A DNA stretch of 64,000 bases, taken from contig CAXXUK010000002.1 in NCBI GenBank assembly GCA_963665125.2, forward strand, positions 576,001-640,000, written 5' to 3'. Shown here in pieces: positions 36,313 through 46,435 of the stretch (position 1 is its first letter; the number at the start of each line of letters is the position of its first letter). The notes below the pieces were generated by a model. It did no database searches. It was not told the DNA's origin and saw only the letters and a program-made list of their open reading frames with translations. The position numbers were made by a program, and so were the translations under genes. This DNA is from an uncultured Desulfarculus sp. Its GTDB lineage: Bacteria; Desulfobacterota; Desulfarculia; Desulfarculales; Desulfarculaceae.

Positions 36313-38541
36313 TCAATTGCGAGGAGAAAGACTTTCTTTCGATGCCTCACGCACCATCATTTCATAGTGTTCTTTATGATTTGACTTGTAAAAAATGTTT
36401 TTAAATATTTCCCGATATTTGTTAACAGTAGAGTTATCTGTAGCGATTAGATGATCATCAAAGGCAGAGTGCGACCCATCGTTCATCCAGGAAAACAAAG
36501 AATTACATATCTGTTTTTCGGTGCCATCAAATAAGTTACAGATTTGGTCAGAGTCAACGCCGCCCAAAATTTTAAAATAGTTTTCCAAAATGCGACGCAT
36601 GTTATTTTGAATAGATAGGCAAGACCCGGATGGTCGAACGAGCTCCTGCCATAACAGTTGATAAGATGTGCTTATTGGATTGCAAGCATATCTAAATACA
36701 TTAGACAAACAGTTACATTTTTTAACAATCCAAAAAGTTTCTACATTTGCCGCCTCTCTTTGTCTGATTTTATTAAACGTGACTTCCTTGTGGAAATATA
36801 CATTGTGGGTCATTATAAATACTTGTTTGATGTAACCATTATTAGTTTTCACCTCGTTTATTATTTGACGTATGAGGCTACTTACTATAAACAATACATC
36901 ACTGTCAAGGCTTGATATCGGATCATCAAAGACAACAATACGGTCTAGCGTAACGCCGCTCTCTCTGTTGCTACCTTTTAATAGATGGAAAAAGTAAAGG
37001 AAGGTGATAAAAGTTTTTTCTCCTTCGCTTAATGTTTCAATTGCATGCTCTCCATTCGGCCTAATGAGCTGATAACGTGTGCCATCATTGGTTGGTTTCA
37101 GGGAAAAACCATCGAATCCGAAACCAATTAATAACGCATTGATTTCCGAAATTGTTGGCTCAATACTCGTTGTCTGCTTCTCCAAATTATCAATTTCATT
37201 TTGTTTGTTTGTTCGAACAATGCTTTCGGATTGTATCTTGTCCTTTATGGACGTTATTGCCTTTTGTATGTCGTTGCGATTTCTTATGAACTCCTCAACA
37301 TCCTGTGTTAATTCATTGGCTATGATATATTTCCAGACTTGAGCCGTAACCTTTTTCTTTTCTTCGGATAGATTGTCAACCATCTGATTGTGCGAATCTA
37401 TAGATGCATTAGTTTTGGCTATTAATTCACGTAGTTCATCACATGCTTCTGATACTGGCTCTAGCATTGTTTTTTTGCTAGGCTCCTGAAGTTTATCATT
37501 AATTCTTCTATGGTTTTCATTAACAATCGTTAATATCTTGGCCCTTAAATGATCTAGTAAATCAGAGTCTAAAAACGACTCTAAATCATTGGGAATGGAA
37601 TCGATATTTTCTGATATTCGCTCAGATTCAAATTTATATGCATCGCCAAGCGATCTTACCAATTGAATATTTATATCATATGATTCGTCAAAATACTCTG
37701 TGAGACTCTTTCTGAACAACTCAGTGGTTGTTTGTTGGCAAAATGGGCATATTCCATTGTTTTTCTCAAAATATATTTTACCTTCCTTAACCCAGTCGCT
37801 ATTATTGAGCCTCTCAATCATTTCTGCTATATCAACATCTTTTTTGCCTACAACGCATTTATCTAAAATAGAATTTTTTTCGTGAGATATTATTCCTGAA
37901 AAATCAATCTCATTTATTTTAGTTATATGTGTTGGTTTCTTCCCAAATACTGTTTGCATCTTCTGTAGAATTTCATCAAATCCAACAAAATCTGCTGTAT
38001 TGTTTTCGTACTCTTCTAAGACCTTTGATTTAAACTTTTCAATACTGTCTCTAAAGCCTTTAAAGGCTTCTAAAAAATGTCCATCGTATTTTTGTTTTTG
38101 ATGCCAACATTTTTTGCCAAATTCTTTTTCAAGTTTCTTCAGTTGACCAATCTTTCCATCATCATCGCCACCGCCATTTAAAGTTTTGTTTAACTTGTCA
38201 ATTTGAATTATTATTTTTGACAACTCCTCTTTTGCAGTTGCAATCCGTTCTAATAATTCAATGCTGCCTTCCCCAAGAGTAAATATACCATTGAGAGTAT
38301 CGGATTGGGCAAAGTTGTCAGAGACGAAATCTTTATTATATACAAGAGTTTGCAATTTTCGATTATTGAGCCAATCTATACTGCATGATGGGTAGCGTTT
38401 TATAGATGCTATTACCCTGGAGATGGTTGTCTTGCCTGAGCCGTTCGCGCCGAAAATATAGTTAATTTTTGAAAGCCCTTTTAGCTCAATTTTTTCGCAG
38501 CCAAATGTAGCTGTATCTGCAATGGTTATCGCATTTATCAC
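36313..38541 (-). CDS. RloC-like ABC/SMC ATPase (AAA_13) with zinc hook and HEPN-like C-terminus
   Basis: GANGSGKTT, CPFCQQ, LSEGE, VVFDDPISSLD, THN, NNMRRILENYF...WMNDGSH; strikingly AT-rich versus flanks. Confidence 0.88.
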   Translation of the reverse strand: MINAITIADTATFGCEKIELKGLSKINYIFGANGSGKTTISRVIASIKRYPSCSIDWLNNRKLQTLVYNKDFVSDNFAQSDTLNGIFTLGEGSIELLERIATAKEELSKIIIQIDKLNKTLNGGGDDDGKIGQLKKLEKEFGKKCWHQKQKYDGHFLEAFKGFRDSIEKFKSKVLEEYENNTADFVGFDEILQKMQTVFGKKPTHITKINEIDFSGIISHEKNSILDKCVVGKKDVDIAEMIERLNNSDWVKEGKIYFEKNNGICPFCQQTTTELFRKSLTEYFDESYDINIQLVRSLGDAYKFESERISENIDSIPNDLESFLDSDLLDHLRAKILTIVNENHRRINDKLQEPSKKTMLEPVSEACDELRELIAKTNASIDSHNQMVDNLSEEKKKVTAQVWKYIIANELTQDVEEFIRNRNDIQKAITSIKDKIQSESIVRTNKQNEIDNLEKQTTSIEPTISEINALLIGFGFDGFSLKPTNDGTRYQLIRPNGEHAIETLSEGEKTFITFLYFFHLLKGSNRESGVTLDRIVVFDDPISSLDSDVLFIVSSLIRQIINEVKTNNGYIKQVFIMTHNVYFHKEVTFNKIRQREAANVETFWIVKKCNCLSNVFRYACNPISTSYQLLWQELVRPSGSCLSIQNNMRRILENYFKILGGVDSDQICNLFDGTEKQICNSLFSWMNDGSHSAFDDHLIATDNSTVNKYREIFKNIFYKSNHKEHYEMMVREASKESLSPRN

Positions 38542-38578
38542 TATGTGCCCCCCTGGACGTGTTTAGATATCTTCACTA

Positions 38579-38601
38579 TTTGAGTCAGCACGCCGCCACC
38601 A
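38579..38601 (+). other. Degenerate tRNA 3'-end fragment (possible att scar)
   Basis: TTTGAGT-CAGCA-CGCCGCC-A-CCA has T-loop, 5-nt T-stem, 7-nt acceptor strand, discriminator and CCA spacing; at the edge of the AT-rich gene. Confidence 0.5.
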
Positions 38602-38627
38602 ATTAAGCGCCAACCACCCCCAACTCC

Positions 38628-39026
38628 CTAATAAATCCAATTGATATTGCAAGCAGGAGCACCGGACTTGAGCACGCCGTTGTTGTTGGGGAAATTGCAC
38701 CGGCCCGCGTCCTGCATGGCCTTGGAGCAATCCACGGGACTTGAAGAGACATAAGTGCAGCCGCCCTCCCCGCAGGCGGTCTTGCGATACCCCAGACGGC
38801 TGAGGGCTGGATGGACCGTGCCGCTGTAATAGGCGTACCTGGCCCCGCTCAGCGGTACGTTGAGACCTGGATACGGGTTGTTGATGGTGATCTTGCTTGT
38901 ATCCATATTGCACAGGGTCAGGCAATCGTTGTAGTTGGCGCTCTCGGGCTGATCTTCGGCGAACGCCACGCCGCACAAGGCGGTCGACAAAAGGCAGATG
39001 GCCAAAGCAACTCTACGCAAATTCAT
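38628..39026 (-). CDS. Secreted Cys-rich hypothetical protein
   Basis: AAGGAG RBS, signal peptide ending VAFA, 7 Cys in mature part. Confidence 0.75.
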   Translation of the reverse strand: MNLRRVALAICLLSTALCGVAFAEDQPESANYNDCLTLCNMDTSKITINNPYPGLNVPLSGARYAYYSGTVHPALSRLGYRKTACGEGGCTYVSSSPVDCSKAMQDAGRCNFPNNNGVLKSGAPACNINWIY

Positions 39027-39332
39027 GGCAATAATCTCCTTGGAATGATTGGTGCCGGGGGCCTGTCGGGATGGTGATGCCGCGCAGTTTGCTGGCCGGG
39101 GCCCCGCTGCACCCAGAATAAACTAAAAACCCCTGAAACGTGCAACAATTCGCAGCCGGTTCATGCCGCGAACAAACACGCCGCCGCGCTTTGGCCGTGG
39201 CTTGAGGGGGTTCTCCCGCCTGCCCGGACACACGGGAGAACCAAGGGCGCGGGCCAGGTGGATACTACCGATAACGCCTCGAAATGTGATTACGCTTTGG
39301 ATGGGCAGGTCAGTTTGGCGGGTCTGCCTTTT

Positions 39333-41306
39333 TCAGGCCTGGCTATCAAGGACTTCCCGGACAAGACTTAATAACTCGTCCATGCTGAAGGGCTTGGTGA
39401 TGTAACCGGCGGCGCCCTTTCTAAAGGTTTCCTGCACGCTGCCCGTGGGGGTGTAGCCGCTGGCGATCATCACCTTGGCCTTTGGATCAAGGGCGTGGAT
39501 CTGCTGCATGGCTTTTAAGCCGCCGATGCCGGGCATATTCAGGTCCATTATCACCAAGTCGACACCGGGCCCGTATTCCTTGACGGCCCCTTCGCCGCTG
39601 GCCGCGGTCTTCACTTTATAGCCACAAGACTCCAACAATGCAGTGCATAGATCCAACAATTCAAGTTCATCATCAACAACGAGGATGGTTTCATTGCCCA
39701 GATCAGGGGTTTTGGCAATACCAGCAGCTGGCTCGGCTGGTATGTCTTCACTGCCGGCGGCCGGAAGCAGGATAGTGAATCTAGTTCCCGCTCCGATCTC
39801 GCTGCTGCATGAAATGTGACCGCCATGGCCTTTGATTACGCCATAAACCGAGGCCAGACCGAGCCCGGTTCCCGAGCCGATTTCCTTGGTCGTGTAGAAG
39901 GGGTCGAATACATGCTCGATGGTTTCCCGGCTCATGCCGCTGCCGGTATCGGAAACGATCAGCTGGATGTATTCCCCAGGCAAGGCGCTGATGCATTCGT
40001 GGTTGTGATCATCGTCCAAGGCGATCCTGTCGCATTGGATCAAGAACCTGCCGCCATCGGGCATTGCATCTTTTGCGTTGCCGGCCAGGTTCAACAGGAC
40101 CTGCTCTATCTGGAAGGCGTCGGCCTTGGTAATAAGGGGGACATCGGCCGAACGGGTCTCAACGGAAACCATTTTGGGTATGGTGCGCTGGATTATCTGC
40201 GACGTTTCAGCAATAATGCGGGCGATATCCAGTGGCTTGGGGGCAAACGAGGCCTTGCGGCTAAAAGCCAGAATTTGCTCTATGAGCTTCTTGCCGCGGT
40301 CCGCCGCTCTGACTATCGGCTTTATCTCCTCAGTCGAGGTCCGGCCATTTTCGGCGTTTTTTAGGGCCATTTCCGAATAGCCCGTGATGACCGTCAGTAT
40401 GTTATTGAAATCATGGGCTATGCCGCCGGCAAGGGTGCCCAGGGCCTCCATTTTGTGCATGTGGTTGAGCTGGGCCTCAAGCTTGGCCTTTTCCTTTTCG
40501 AGTTTTTTGAATTCCGTCACATCCTTGGTAATGGATATGATGCATTGCTCCCCGTCCAGGTCCATGAATTTGGCGGAAAAATAGGAATCCGAAAAGGAAC
40601 CGTCTCTTCTACGAAACTGAATTTCAAGGTTGACAACCCTGCCGGTCTTCTGGAGGGCTTCGAGCAAGAGGAACCGGTCATCGGGATTGGAATAAATATT
40701 CAACTCGTACGCTGTCTTGCCGATCACTTCTTCCCGCGAGTATCCGGTTCTGGAGCAGAATCCATCGTTAACGAACCTGTACCGGCCATCTTTGACGTTG
40801 GTGACGGCAACGGCATCGGGAATGGCGTCAAAAGTTGACAGGTAGGGAAGCTCCCATTCCGGGAAAGCATCCACGGCTTGCTTGCCCTCCGGGGTTTCCC
40901 GCATAACGGCAACATACCCCAGGACTTGATTTTCCCCACCGTAAACAGCCGTGAGAGCCAAGTCCACGACTATGGCCGATGCGTCCTTTTTGAGGAAGAC
41001 CCATTGCCCCCGCCAGGCGCCGGAGCGCTTGATCTCGGCATATGCTATTTCACCGAAAATGACTAATGATTCGTATGACGGATGGATGAATTCGATGGGG
41101 CGGTTGAGGACTTCGTCCCTGGTATAGCCGAAGGTGTCCAGAAAGGCGGTGTTGCAGTCTCTGACTACACGATTGGTATCCACCGATAAAATGCAGTCGG
41201 TGGTGTTGTCAAAAAATGACCGAAGAAACGTTTCCCGGTTGCTAAGACCATCGGATGGGTCATTGGCATGGGAGTGGTGCTCTTTGGTGGTGAACTTTTC
41301 TTGCAA
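39333..41306 (-). CDS. Hybrid sensor histidine kinase (PAS-PAS-HisKA-HATPase-REC)
   Basis: Two PAS domains, LAGGIAHDFNNIL, NAKDAM, DTGSGM, PFYTTK, GTGLGL, ILVVDDE...MDLNMP...KP. Confidence 0.95.
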   Translation of the reverse strand: MQEKFTTKEHHSHANDPSDGLSNRETFLRSFFDNTTDCILSVDTNRVVRDCNTAFLDTFGYTRDEVLNRPIEFIHPSYESLVIFGEIAYAEIKRSGAWRGQWVFLKKDASAIVVDLALTAVYGGENQVLGYVAVMRETPEGKQAVDAFPEWELPYLSTFDAIPDAVAVTNVKDGRYRFVNDGFCSRTGYSREEVIGKTAYELNIYSNPDDRFLLLEALQKTGRVVNLEIQFRRRDGSFSDSYFSAKFMDLDGEQCIISITKDVTEFKKLEKEKAKLEAQLNHMHKMEALGTLAGGIAHDFNNILTVITGYSEMALKNAENGRTSTEEIKPIVRAADRGKKLIEQILAFSRKASFAPKPLDIARIIAETSQIIQRTIPKMVSVETRSADVPLITKADAFQIEQVLLNLAGNAKDAMPDGGRFLIQCDRIALDDDHNHECISALPGEYIQLIVSDTGSGMSRETIEHVFDPFYTTKEIGSGTGLGLASVYGVIKGHGGHISCSSEIGAGTRFTILLPAAGSEDIPAEPAAGIAKTPDLGNETILVVDDELELLDLCTALLESCGYKVKTAASGEGAVKEYGPGVDLVIMDLNMPGIGGLKAMQQIHALDPKAKVMIASGYTPTGSVQETFRKGAAGYITKPFSMDELLSLVREVLDSQA

Positions 41307-41523
41307 CCGGTGAACCTTTGTCTAAACGATGTTAATTGTCGCTGCTGATTGTTCGCTCCCCTCGGTATGTTCTTTCTACATTTATTATACTAGCCAACAA
41401 AAAATGTAGACGTCAACGGTTGTTCCATGCTTGGATGCAGTTGATATAAGGCTTGCCCGGTGCCGCGGCAACCCTTTCAGTTTGGTTGCGCCGCCGCAAC
41501 ATCAAGTCAAAGGAGGAGCCTCC

Positions 41524-41955
41524 ATGAAAGCAACCCGCTGGGCCTTGCAGATTCTGTTGATTCTCCTGGTCGGCTTGGCCTTTGCCTCTGCCGCCCTGGC
41601 CGCCAACAACTTCATCAAGATCGTCAACAACTGCAACAACAAGATCGTTTTCTACTACAAGTGCTACAACAACAACCCCTGGGACCAGAACACCGGCTGC
41701 CCCTCGGACAACACGATGAACCACGTCGACGTCGGCAAGAGCTGGACCAAGACCTACACCTATAACTCCATCAGCACCTGTAAAAAGATTTATGTCAGCT
41801 ATGGCCGCTATGACCGCAGCTGCGAGGCCAACGACAAGAAACTGAAGGCCGAATTTCCCGAGAACATGCCCAAGATCCTCACCGTTGAGGGCAATTGCCA
41901 GGGCAGCAGCTTCGATTTCCGCATGGTACCCCAGGGCGGTACGGTCATAGATTAG
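41524..41955 (+). CDS. Secreted Cys/Asn-rich hypothetical protein
   Basis: AGGAGG RBS, signal peptide ending AALA, 6 Cys in mature part. Confidence 0.8.
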   Translation: MKATRWALQILLILLVGLAFASAALAANNFIKIVNNCNNKIVFYYKCYNNNPWDQNTGCPSDNTMNHVDVGKSWTKTYTYNSISTCKKIYVSYGRYDRSCEANDKKLKAEFPENMPKILTVEGNCQGSSFDFRMVPQGGTVID

Positions 41956-42034
41956 GCGGATACTGGCAGGCGCGAGGGTAAACTGCGGCGCCCAGGGGCC
42001 GCGGCCCTTGACATTCAAAATCACGGCTGATAAA

Positions 42035-42212
42035 CAACTAGCGTTGGTGCCCATTTGGGCTTAAAAGGGAAGCCGGTGAAAGACCGGCGCGGGCCCGCCG
42101 CTGTAACCGGGGACGAAAACCGCAGGCGTCCGATGAGACGCCGGCCACTGCGCGATGGCGCGGGAAGGCGCGGCAAGTAGGCCGATCCGGAAGCCAGAAG
42201 ACCTGCCAGCCG
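42035..42212 (+). ncRNA. Cobalamin riboswitch
   Basis: GGTGCCC...AAAAGGGAAGCCGGTGAAAGACCGGCGCGGGCCCGCCGCTGTAA...GCCACTG...GGGAAGG...AAGCCAGAAGACCTGCC (B12 box); TTGACA at 42008 upstream. Confidence 0.95.
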
Positions 42213-42344
42213 ATCATACTTTGGCCTCCTCGGGTGCAGTGAAGGTCAAAGACCGAGTTTGCGTCTGATTTGCGGGCGATAGCGTGACTCCTTCCATGTA
42301 TTTGGAAGGAGTTTTTTATTTGGATCAACAGAAAGCGTCTGCCC

Positions 42345-44417
42345 ATGGCCAAGGCCCTGAAAACCGCCCAAAGTCCACATGTTACGGCCCCGGTGCGCGG
42401 CCGGATATTCCCCTTCGGCGCCCTGGTGGGCCAACGGGAGATGAAGCTGGCCCTGAAACTCAACGCCGTGGACCCGGGAGTGGGCGGCGTTTTGGTGCGC
42501 GGCGAAAAGGGCACGGCCAAGTCCACGGCCGTGCGCGGACTGGCGGCTATTTTGCCTGAACTGGATGTGGCCGCGGGGTGTGGGTTCGGATGCGATCCGG
42601 CTGACCGCCGCCACATGTGCGATCGATGCCTGGGCCGCCTGGCAAAGGGCGAGAGCCTGGAGGCCGGGACCAGGCGGGTGCCCGTGGTGGACCTGCCGCT
42701 CAACGCCACCGAGGATATGGTGTTGGGAGGGCTGGATTTCGGCAAGGCCGTCAGAAGCGGACGCCGCCGGTTCATGCCCGGCCTCTTGGCCAAGGCCAAT
42801 CGCGGTTTTCTGTATGTGGACGAGGTGAACCTGCTCGACGACCACCTGGTGGACGTGATCCTGGACGCGGCGGCAAGCGGCCGCAACTGTCTGGAGCGCG
42901 AGGGGGTGTCGTTCAGCCACCCTGCCGCTTTTGTGCTGGTGGGCACCATGAACCCCGAGGAAGGCGAACTGCGGCCCCAGCTCTTGGACCGCTTCGGCCT
43001 GTGCGTGGAGGTTGGCGGAGAGCAGGACCCCGAGCTGCGGGTGGAGCTGATGGCCCTGCGAGAGAGCTTTGACCGGGATCCCGAGGCCTTTTGCTTGTTG
43101 TATGAGCGGGAAAACCTGGACGAGGCCGCGGAAGTGGAACGGGCGCGCCTGCTCTTGCCGACGGTTGGTCTGTCCGGTGGGCTGCGCAGCTTCATCACGG
43201 CTCTGTGCATCGAAAACAACGTGGCCGGACACCGCGCCGACCTGGTTATCCAGCGGGCGGCCCGTGCCTTGGCCGCCTTGCATGGCCGCCGGGAGGTGAC
43301 CCAGGAAGACATCGCCGCCGTGGCGCCCCTGGCCCTGCGCCACCGCAGCCGCGACGCCTCGCCGCCCCCGCCGCCCGAGCCGCCGAAACCTCCGGAGCCG
43401 CCCGAGGAGCCGGAAAGCCCAAAAGACGAGCATGACGAACAAGACCAGGTTGAGCCGCCGCCCGGGCAGGACAATGACCAACAGGACGACAGCGGGCCGG
43501 AAGAAGGCTTTGACCCACCTCCGCCCGAGCCGCCGGATCAAGGGCCGGAGCACGACATGGGCGAGGACCCGGCCGAGGAGATCCACGAGGTGGGCCAGAC
43601 CTTCAAGGTAAAGACCATCCGCCAGCCCAAGGACCGCAAGCTGCGCCGGGGCTCGGGCCGCCGCTCGGCCACCCGCACTGCCCAGAAGCTGGGGCGCTAC
43701 GTCAAAAGCTCCCTGCACGGCCAGCCCCAGGATTTGGCCTTGGACGCCACCCTGCGGGCCGCCGCGCCCTATCAATTGCGGCGGCAGGGCCATACCGGCA
43801 TGGCCGTGTGCGTAAAACCCCAGGACCTGCGCCTGAAGGTACGCGAAAAGCGGGTGGGCAATTTCCTGCTGTTTTTGGTGGACGCCTCGGGCTCCATGGG
43901 GGCTCAGGCCCGCATGAGCGCCACCAAGGGGGCCGTGCTTTCGCTGCTGATGGACGCCTACCAAAAGCGGGACAAGGTGGCCCTGGTCACCTTCCGGGGC
44001 CGGGAGGCAGTGTTGAATTTGCCACCCACCAGCTCCATCGAACTGGCGGCCAAGCTACTGGCCGAACTGCCCGTGGGCGGCCGCACGCCCCTGACCGCCG
44101 GGCTGGTGGAGGCCTCCGAACAGTTGCGCCGTAACCTTCGCAAGGATCCGGACAGCAGGCCCATCGTGTTGATCCTCACCGACGGCCGGGCCAACGCCGG
44201 GCTTGGCCCGGATGCGCCGCCTCACGAGGAGGCCCTGGGCATCGCCGCCAAGATGGGCCTGGACGAGCGGGTGCGTTTCGTGGTGGTGGACACCGAGGCC
44301 CAGAGCGTCGTACGCCTGGACCTGGCCGCCCGCCTGGCCGCGGCCCTGGGCGGCGAATATTTCAAGATAGACGACCTCAAGGCAGAGGACCTGGTGGGCA
44401 TCGCCAGGAAGGAATGA
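42345..44417 (+). CDS. chlD: Chelatase subunit D-like (AAA+ / Pro-acidic linker / vWA), probably cobaltochelatase-associated
   Basis: GEKGTAKS, LYVDEVNLL, MNPEEGELRPQLLDRFG, PPPPPEPP linker, VDASGSM MIDAS, GGRTPL, LTDGRAN. Confidence 0.9.
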   Translation: MAKALKTAQSPHVTAPVRGRIFPFGALVGQREMKLALKLNAVDPGVGGVLVRGEKGTAKSTAVRGLAAILPELDVAAGCGFGCDPADRRHMCDRCLGRLAKGESLEAGTRRVPVVDLPLNATEDMVLGGLDFGKAVRSGRRRFMPGLLAKANRGFLYVDEVNLLDDHLVDVILDAAASGRNCLEREGVSFSHPAAFVLVGTMNPEEGELRPQLLDRFGLCVEVGGEQDPELRVELMALRESFDRDPEAFCLLYERENLDEAAEVERARLLLPTVGLSGGLRSFITALCIENNVAGHRADLVIQRAARALAALHGRREVTQEDIAAVAPLALRHRSRDASPPPPPEPPKPPEPPEEPESPKDEHDEQDQVEPPPGQDNDQQDDSGPEEGFDPPPPEPPDQGPEHDMGEDPAEEIHEVGQTFKVKTIRQPKDRKLRRGSGRRSATRTAQKLGRYVKSSLHGQPQDLALDATLRAAAPYQLRRQGHTGMAVCVKPQDLRLKVREKRVGNFLLFLVDASGSMGAQARMSATKGAVLSLLMDAYQKRDKVALVTFRGREAVLNLPPTSSIELAAKLLAELPVGGRTPLTAGLVEASEQLRRNLRKDPDSRPIVLILTDGRANAGLGPDAPPHEEALGIAAKMGLDERVRFVVVDTEAQSVVRLDLAARLAAALGGEYFKIDDLKAEDLVGIARKE

Positions 44418-45451
44418 AATCAATCATGAAAACCACATATCCATTCGCGGCCATGGTCGGCCAGCAGGACATGAAACTATCGCTGATCCTCAACGTGATC
44501 AATCCAGGCCTTTCGGGCGTATTGATCAGGGGTGAAAAGGGCACCGGCAAATCCACCGCGGCCAGGGCCTTGGCCGAAATCCTGCCAGACATCGAGGTGG
44601 TGGAGGGCTGCCCGTTCAACCTGGACCCCGGCGAGAGCGGCGGCGAGCTTTGTCTGGCCTGCACAGTGGCCGTCTGCGGCTTCAAGCAGGCCCAGGGCGG
44701 CAACCCAAAGAGCCTGGCCAGGCCGGTGAAAGTGGTGGAACTGCCCGTTGGCGCCACCGAGGACAGGGTTGTGGGGGCCATAGACCTTGAGCGGGCGCTC
44801 AAAGAGGGCGAAAAGCACTTCGAGCCGGGCATCCTGGCCCAGGCCCACCGGGCCATCCTCTATGTGGACGAGGTCAACCTGTTGGAAGACCACGTGGTGG
44901 ATGTGCTTTTGGACAGCGCGGCCATGGGCGTCAACACCGTGGAGCGCGAGGGCGTGTCCTTCAGCCACCCGGCCCGCTTCACCCTGGTGGGCACCATGAA
45001 CCCCGAGGAGGGCGAGTTGCGGCCCCAGCTTCTGGACCGTTTCGGCCTGTGTGTGCTGGTGGAGGGCCTGCGCAGCGCCGACGAACGGGTGGAGATCATG
45101 GAACGGCGTCTGGCATTTGAACAGGACCCCGAGGCCTTTGCCCGGCTTCATGAAGTCCAATCGGCAGAACTCACGGAAAAAATCCGCCAGGCCAGGGCAC
45201 TTTGGCCCAGGGTGGAGGCCGACCGCGCCGTCATGATGCAGATCGCCCAGGCCTGTTTGCAGGTGGGCACAGACGGCCACCGAGGCGACATCATAACCCT
45301 GAAGACGGCCAAGGCGCTGGCCGCCTGGCAGGGCCGCACAAGCGTGGATGAGGTTGACGTGAACCGGGCCCTTGAGCTTGTTCTGCCCCACCGGGTGCGG
45401 CGCAGGCCCTTTGAGGAGGTGGCTGGAGGTTCCGCCTTCCGGGAGGCCTAA
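44414..45451 (+). CDS. chlI: Chelatase subunit I-like AAA+ ATPase
   Basis: YPFAAMVGQ, GEKGTGKS, ATEDRVVG, LYVDEVNLL, DGHRGD. Confidence 0.92.
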   Translation: MKSIMKTTYPFAAMVGQQDMKLSLILNVINPGLSGVLIRGEKGTGKSTAARALAEILPDIEVVEGCPFNLDPGESGGELCLACTVAVCGFKQAQGGNPKSLARPVKVVELPVGATEDRVVGAIDLERALKEGEKHFEPGILAQAHRAILYVDEVNLLEDHVVDVLLDSAAMGVNTVEREGVSFSHPARFTLVGTMNPEEGELRPQLLDRFGLCVLVEGLRSADERVEIMERRLAFEQDPEAFARLHEVQSAELTEKIRQARALWPRVEADRAVMMQIAQACLQVGTDGHRGDIITLKTAKALAAWQGRTSVDEVDVNRALELVLPHRVRRRPFEEVAGGSAFREA

Positions 45452-45610
45452 GCGGCTGGGAACAACACGGAGATGCCATTACTGGGACGGCTTCCCGCGC
45501 CGGCCCATGGCCATTGCGGGCTGTGCCTTCGGCGGCTATGCTGGTATGCTTGTGAATGGTTGAATCGCCCGTATTCTTTCACAAGCCCACGGCGGAGGCC
45601 TCCACCTTCC

Positions 45611-46435
45611 ATGAGCAGCTTTGAGCAAATACTTGAAAACGTCAAACGTTCAGCAAACGGCTGGACGGCCGAGATAACCGAAGACTGGGCCCAAGGCAGG
45701 GCCGTTTACGGCGGCATGGCCGCGGCTCTGGCGGCAAGGGCCATGCGCCTGGCCGTGGGGCCAGATTATCCCCTGCGCTCCTTGCTGGTGTCGTTTGCCG
45801 GTCCGGTTGCTCCGGGGCAGGTCAACCTGAGCGCGGAGGTCCTGCGCAACGGATCGTCGGTGGCCAACCTGGAAGCCCGCCTGGTTCAGGAAGGCAAGAC
45901 CCGTTGCGTTGCATTGGGCAGCTACGGCCTGGAGCGCCCCTCGGAAATAAACCTGGCCGACCTGCGCAGGCCTGATCTGCCCGGCCCGGAAGGCCTCGAA
46001 AGCGTTCCATACATTCATGGCGTCATGCCTAGATTCATGCAGCACTTCGATGTGCGCTGGGCCTTGGGCGCACCGCCTCTTTCCGGCGCGGACTCCAACG
46101 AGATCGGGGGCTGGTTCCGATTTGCCGAGACGGTTCCCACGCCCGGCGAGGAATGGTGGGTGGCCCTGGCCGATGTCTGGCCCACGCCGCTGTTGAGCAT
46201 GATCAAGGGGCCGGCCATATTCAGTTCACTGACCTGGGGCCTTGATTTCTCCGGATTCGATTCGGCCCAACCGCTGGATGGCTGGTGGGCCTACCGGGCA
46301 ACGGCCGAAAGCGCCGCCGGGGGCTATGGCCAGTGCCGGGCCGAGATATGGTCGCCCGCCGGCGGGTTGGTTATGCATTCCCGGCAAACAGTGGTGTTGT
46401 TCAGTAACGGCCAAAAACCAATACAAACAGACTAG
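45611..46435 (+). CDS. Acyl-CoA thioesterase (TesB-like double hotdog)
   Basis: WAQGRAVYGG, LADVWPTP, SSLTW. Confidence 0.85.
   Translation: MSSFEQILENVKRSANGWTAEITEDWAQGRAVYGGMAAALAARAMRLAVGPDYPLRSLLVSFAGPVAPGQVNLSAEVLRNGSSVANLEARLVQEGKTRCVALGSYGLERPSEINLADLRRPDLPGPEGLESVPYIHGVMPRFMQHFDVRWALGAPPLSGADSNEIGGWFRFAETVPTPGEEWWVALADVWPTPLLSMIKGPAIFSSLTWGLDFSGFDSAQPLDGWWAYRATAESAAGGYGQCRAEIWSPAGGLVMHSRQTVVLFSNGQKPIQTD

Noticed and set aside
43300..43620. Programmed frameshift in chlD to generate ChlI
   Set aside because: chlD is one continuous frame and a separate chlI follows
42246..45391. Long antisense ORFs over chlD/chlI (and similar ones at 6577-8100, 22700-24055, 51155-52087, 57148-58323)
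   Set aside because: Shadow ORFs expected in high-GC DNA opposite well-supported genes
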